A stretch of DNA of 64,000 nt from Escherichia coli (GTDB lineage: Bacteria; Pseudomonadota; Gammaproteobacteria; Enterobacterales; Enterobacteriaceae), in the NCBI RefSeq assembly GCF_051903065.1, contig NZ_CP178438.1; one strand, 5' to 3'. Numbering within the stretch: position 1 is the stretch's first letter; each line of letters starts with the position of its first letter. The notes under the pieces are model-generated. The model saw only the letters and a list, made by a program, of their open reading frames with translations. It had not been told where the DNA came from and did no database searches. Positions 58,812 through 64,000 of the stretch are shown here, piece after piece. The position numbers and the translations under genes are program-made.

Positions 58812-60263
58812 ATGCATTTTCGCGCCATTACCCGAATCGTTGGACTACTGGTCATCTTATTTTCAGGGACCATGATTATCCCTGGGCTGGTAGCACTCAT
58901 CTACCGGGATGGAGCGGGCCGCGCTTTTACCCAGACCTTTTTTGTCGCCCTCGCCATTGGCTCTATGCTGTGGTGGCCGAACCGCAAAGAGAAGGGCGAA
59001 CTGAAATCCCGTGAGGGGTTTCTGATAGTGGTGCTGTTCTGGACCGTGCTGGGTAGTGTCGGTGCGCTCCCTTTTATCTTCTCGGAAAGCCCGAACCTCA
59101 CGATTACCGATGCGTTTTTTGAATCTTTCTCTGGCCTGACCACCACCGGGGCCACTACGCTGGTGGGGCTGGATTCGCTCCCTCATGCCATCCTCTTTTA
59201 TCGCCAGATGCTGCAATGGTTTGGCGGGATGGGGATCATCGTGTTAGCGGTTGCGATACTGCCTATCCTCGGCGTGGGTGGGATGCAGCTCTATCGTGCA
59301 GAAATGCCCGGCCCGCTGAAAGATAACAAAATGCGCCCGCGAATTGCGGAAACGGCGAAAACCCTGTGGTTGATTTATGTCTTGCTGACCGTCGCCTGTG
59401 CGCTGGCGTTGTGGTTTGCCGGAATGGATGCCTTTGATGCCATCGGCCATAGCTTTGCGACTATCGCTATTGGCGGCTTCTCGACACATGATGCCAGTAT
59501 CGGTTATTTCGATAGCCCGACTATTAACACTATCATTGCTATCTTCCTGCTGATCTCCGGCTGTAACTACGGTCTGCACTTTTCACTGTTAAGTGGGCGT
59601 AGTCTGAAGGTTTATTGGCGCGATCCGGAATTTCGCATGTTTATCGGCGTACAGTTTACGCTGGTGGTTATTTGTACCCTCGTACTGTGGTTTCATAATG
59701 TCTACAGTTCGGCGCTGATGACAATTAACCAGGCGTTTTTCCAGGTGGTGTCGATGGCGACAACCGCCGGGTTTACGACTGACAGCATTGCCCGCTGGCC
59801 GCTCTTTTTGCCGGTACTGCTTTTATGTTCCGCTTTTATCGGCGGTTGTGCCGGGTCAACGGGCGGTGGCCTGAAAGTGATCCGCATCCTGCTGCTGTTT
59901 AAGCAGGGGAACCGTGAGCTGAAACGACTGGTGCATCCGAACGCCGTCTATAGCATTAAGCTGGGGAATCGCGCACTGCCGGAACGTATCCTCGAAGCCG
60001 TTTGGGGATTTTTCTCCGCCTATGCATTGGTGTTTATTGTCAGTATGCTGGCGATTATCGCCACGGGCGTGGATGACTTTTCTGCTTTTGCCTCGGTTGT
60101 TGCGACATTGAATAACCTGGGGCCGGGGCTTGGCGTGGTTGCTGATAACTTTACCAGTATGAACCCGGTGGCTAAATGGATCCTGATTGCCAACATGCTG
60201 TTTGGTCGTCTCGAGGTCTTTACATTGCTGGTGCTCTTTACCCCGACTTTCTGGCGTGAATGA
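58812..60263 (+). CDS. trkH: Trk-system potassium uptake protein TrkH, 483 aa
   Basis: Polytopic membrane protein with repeated pore-loop-like segments. Confidence 0.9.
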   Translation: MHFRAITRIVGLLVILFSGTMIIPGLVALIYRDGAGRAFTQTFFVALAIGSMLWWPNRKEKGELKSREGFLIVVLFWTVLGSVGALPFIFSESPNLTITDAFFESFSGLTTTGATTLVGLDSLPHAILFYRQMLQWFGGMGIIVLAVAILPILGVGGMQLYRAEMPGPLKDNKMRPRIAETAKTLWLIYVLLTVACALALWFAGMDAFDAIGHSFATIAIGGFSTHDASIGYFDSPTINTIIAIFLLISGCNYGLHFSLLSGRSLKVYWRDPEFRMFIGVQFTLVVICTLVLWFHNVYSSALMTINQAFFQVVSMATTAGFTTDSIARWPLFLPVLLLCSAFIGGCAGSTGGGLKVIRILLLFKQGNRELKRLVHPNAVYSIKLGNRALPERILEAVWGFFSAYALVFIVSMLAIIATGVDDFSAFASVVATLNNLGPGLGVVADNFTSMNPVAKWILIANMLFGRLEVFTLLVLFTPTFWRE

Positions 60264-60274
60264 TGGAGTAATAC

Positions 60275-60820
60275 GTGAAAACATTAATTCTTTTCTCAAC
60301 AAGGGACGGACAAACGCGCGAGATTGCCTCCTACTTGGCTTCGGAACTGAAAGAACTGGGGATCCAGGCGGATGTCGCCAATGTGCACCGCATTGAAGAA
60401 CCACAGTGGGAAAACTACGACCGTGTGGTCATTGGTGCTTCTATTCGCTATGGTCACTACCACTCTGCGTTCCAGGAATTTGTCAAAAAACATGCGACGC
60501 GACTGAATTCGATGCCGAGCGCCTTTTATTCCGTAAACCTGGTGGCGCGCAAACCGGAGAAGCGTACTCCACAGACCAACAGCTACGCGCGGAAGTTTCT
60601 GATGAACTCGCAATGGCGTCCCGATCGCTGCGCGGTCATTGCCGGGGCGCTGCGTTACCCACGTTATCGCTGGTACGACCGTTTTATGATCAAGCTGATT
60701 ATGAAGATGTCAGGCGGTGAAACGGATACGCGCAAAGAAGTTGTCTATACTGATTGGGAGCAGGTGGCGAATTTCGCCCGAGAAATCGCCCATTTAACCG
60801 ACAAACCGACGCTGAAATAA
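60275..60820 (+). CDS. hemG: Protoporphyrinogen IX dehydrogenase (flavodoxin-like, menaquinone-dependent), 181 aa
   Basis: Flavodoxin-like start [25 protein letters not shown]; last CDS before the rRNA operon. Confidence 0.9.
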   Translation: MKTLILFSTRDGQTREIASYLASELKELGIQADVANVHRIEEPQWENYDRVVIGASIRYGHYHSAFQEFVKKHATRLNSMPSAFYSVNLVARKPEKRTPQTNSYARKFLMNSQWRPDRCAVIAGALRYPRYRWYDRFMIKLIMKMSGGETDTRKEVVYTDWEQVANFAREIAHLTDKPTLK

Positions 60821-60869
60821 GCATAAAGAATAAAAAATGCGCGGTCAGAAAATTATTTTAAATTTCCTC

Positions 60870-60897
60870 TTGTCAGGCCGGAATAACTCCCTATAAT
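60870..60897 (+). promoter_or_regulatory. rRNA operon promoter P1
   Basis: TTGTCA (60870-60875), 16-bp spacer, TATAAT (60892-60897); A/T-rich UP-like tract aaattattttaaatttcct upstream. Confidence 0.8.
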
Positions 60898-60988
60898 GCG
60901 CCACCACTGACACGGAACAACGGCAAACACGCCGCCGGGTCAGCGGGGTTCTCCTGAGAATTCCGGCAGAGAAAGCAAAAATAAATGC

Positions 60989-61016
60989 TTGACTCTGTAG
61001 CGGGAAAGCGTATTAT
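60989..61016 (+). promoter_or_regulatory. rRNA operon promoter P2
   Basis: TTGACT (60989-60994), 16-bp spacer, TATTAT (61011-61016). Confidence 0.75.
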
Positions 61017-61053
61017 GCACACCCCGCGCCGCTGAGAAAAAGCGAAGCGGCAC

Positions 61054-61073
61054 TGCTCTTTAACAATTTATCA
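61054..61073 (+). promoter_or_regulatory. rrn leader boxA antitermination element
   Basis: tgctctttaacaatttatca in the 16S leader. Confidence 0.75.
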
Positions 61074-61197
61074 GACAATCTGTGTGGGCACTCGAAGATA
61101 CGGATTCTTAACGTCGCAAGACGAAAAATGAATACCAAGTCTCAAGAGTGAACACGTAATTCATTACGAAGTTTAATTCTTTGAGCATCAAACTTTT

Positions 61198-62739
<1,542 letters not shown>

Positions 62740-62807
62740 CCTTAAAGAAGCGTACTTTGCAGTGCTCACACAGATTGTCTGATGAAAATGAGCAGTAAAA
62801 CCTCTAC

Positions 62808-62884
<77 letters not shown>

Positions 62885-62926
62885 AATTTGCACGGCAAAT
62901 TTGAAGAGGTTTTAACTACATGTTAT

Positions 62927-63002
62927 GGGGCTATAGCTCAGCTGGGAGAGCGCCTGCTTTGCACGCAGGAGGTCTGCGGTTCGATCCCGCATAGCTCCAC
63001 CA
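62927..63002 (+). tRNA. alaT: Spacer tRNA-Ala (anticodon UGC)
   Basis: GGGGCTATAGCTCAGCTGGGAGAGCGCCTGCTTTGCACGCAGGAGG...CATAGCTCCACCA. Confidence 0.95.
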
Positions 63003-63176
63003 TCTCTGTAGTGATTAAATAAAAAATACTTCAGAGTGTACCTGCAAAGGTTCACTGCGAAGTTTTGCTCTTTAAAAATCTGGATCAAGCTGAAAATTGA
63101 AACACTGAACAACGAGAGTTGTTCGTGAGTCTCTCAAATTTTCGCAACTCTGAAGTGAAACATCTTCGGGTTGTGA

Positions 63177-64000
63177 GGTTAAGCGACTAAGCGTACACGG
63201 TGGATGCCCTGGCAGTCAGAGGCGATGAAGGACGTGCTAATCTGCGATAAGCGTCGGTAAGGTGATATGAACCGTTATAACCGGCGATTTCCGAATGGGG
63301 AAACCCAGTGTGTTTCGACACACTATCATTAACTGAATCCATAGGTTAATGAGGCGAACCGGGGGAACTGAAACATCTAAGTACCCCGAGGAAAAGAAAT
63401 CAACCGAGATTCCCCCAGTAGCGGCGAGCGAACGGGGAGGAGCCCAGAGCCTGAATCAGTGTGTGTGTTAGTGGAAGCGTCTGGAAAGGCGCGCGATACA
63501 GGGTGACAGCCCCGTACACAAAAATGCACATGCTGTGAGCTCGATGAGTAGGGCGGGACACGTGGTATCCTGTCTGAATATGGGGGGACCATCCTCCAAG
63601 GCTAAATACTCCTGACTGACCGATAGTGAACCAGTACCGTGAGGGAAAGGCGAAAAGAACCCCGGCGAGGGGAGTGAAAAAGAACCTGAAACCGTGTACG
63701 TACAAGCAGTGGGAGCCTCTTTTATGGGGTGACTGCGTACCTTTTGTATAATGGGTCAGCGACTTATATTCTGTAGCAAGGTTAACCGAATAGGGGAGCC
63801 GAAGGGAAACCGAGTCTTAACTGGGCGTTAAGTTGCAGGGTATAGACCCGAAACCCGGTGATCTAGCCATGGGCAGGTTGAAGGTTGGGTAACACTAACT
63901 GGAGGACCGAACCGACTAATGTTGAAAAATTAGCGGATGACTTGTGGCTGGGGGTGAAAGGCCAATCAAACCGGGAGATAGCTGGTTCTCCCCGAAAGCT
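63177..64000 (+). rRNA. rrlA: 23S ribosomal RNA, 5' part (continues beyond the window)
   Basis: Begins GGTTAAGCGACTAAGCGTACACGGTGGATGCCCTGGCAGTCAGAGGCGATGAAGGACG. Confidence 0.95.

Overview
This window is Escherichia coli-type chromosome (the wecG to rrnA segment), recognised from gene order and protein sequences. About 58 protein-coding genes are collinear with the known enterobacterial map: the end of the ECA cluster (wzyE 3' end, wecG), yifK, the argX-hisR-leuT-proM tRNA operon, aslB/aslA, hemCDXY, cyaA (TTG start), cyaY, yifL-dapF-yigA-xerC-yigB-uvrD, yigE, corA, yigF, yigG, rarD, yigI, pldA, recQ, rhtC/rhtB, pldB, yigL, yigM, metR/metE, ysgA, udp, rmuC, ubiE-ubiJ-ubiB, tatABCD, rfaH, ubiD, fre, fadBA, pepQ-yigZ-trkH-hemG, and the start of an rRNA operon (P1/P2, boxA, 16S, tRNA-Ile, tRNA-Ala, 5' part of 23S). 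The ORF track misses the sRNA GlmZ, which I place in the aslA-hemY spacer. Many track ORFs are N-terminally over-extended, and I give trimmed starts. Two segments look accessory. (1) A roughly 4.5 kb AT-richer block between cyaY and yifL (14959-19494) encodes four minus-strand proteins with N-terminal signal or anchor sequences: two paralogous DKNYY-like repeat proteins, a small six-cysteine protein and a DUF3304-like protein. It carries a 171-bp direct repeat that duplicates a promoter/leader/signal-peptide module, intact in front of one gene and reduced to a 32-codon stub in front of another. This is my best candidate for an undescribed envelope or secreted system; its function cannot be assigned from sequence alone. 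(2) A single extra gene between uvrD and yigE encodes a signal-peptide-bearing member of the SAM hydroxide adenosyltransferase (DUF62, fluorinase/chlorinase-like) family. I saw no CRISPR array, IS element, integrase or prophage. All coordinates were counted by hand; family assignments are from motif recognition and recalled sequences, not database searches.
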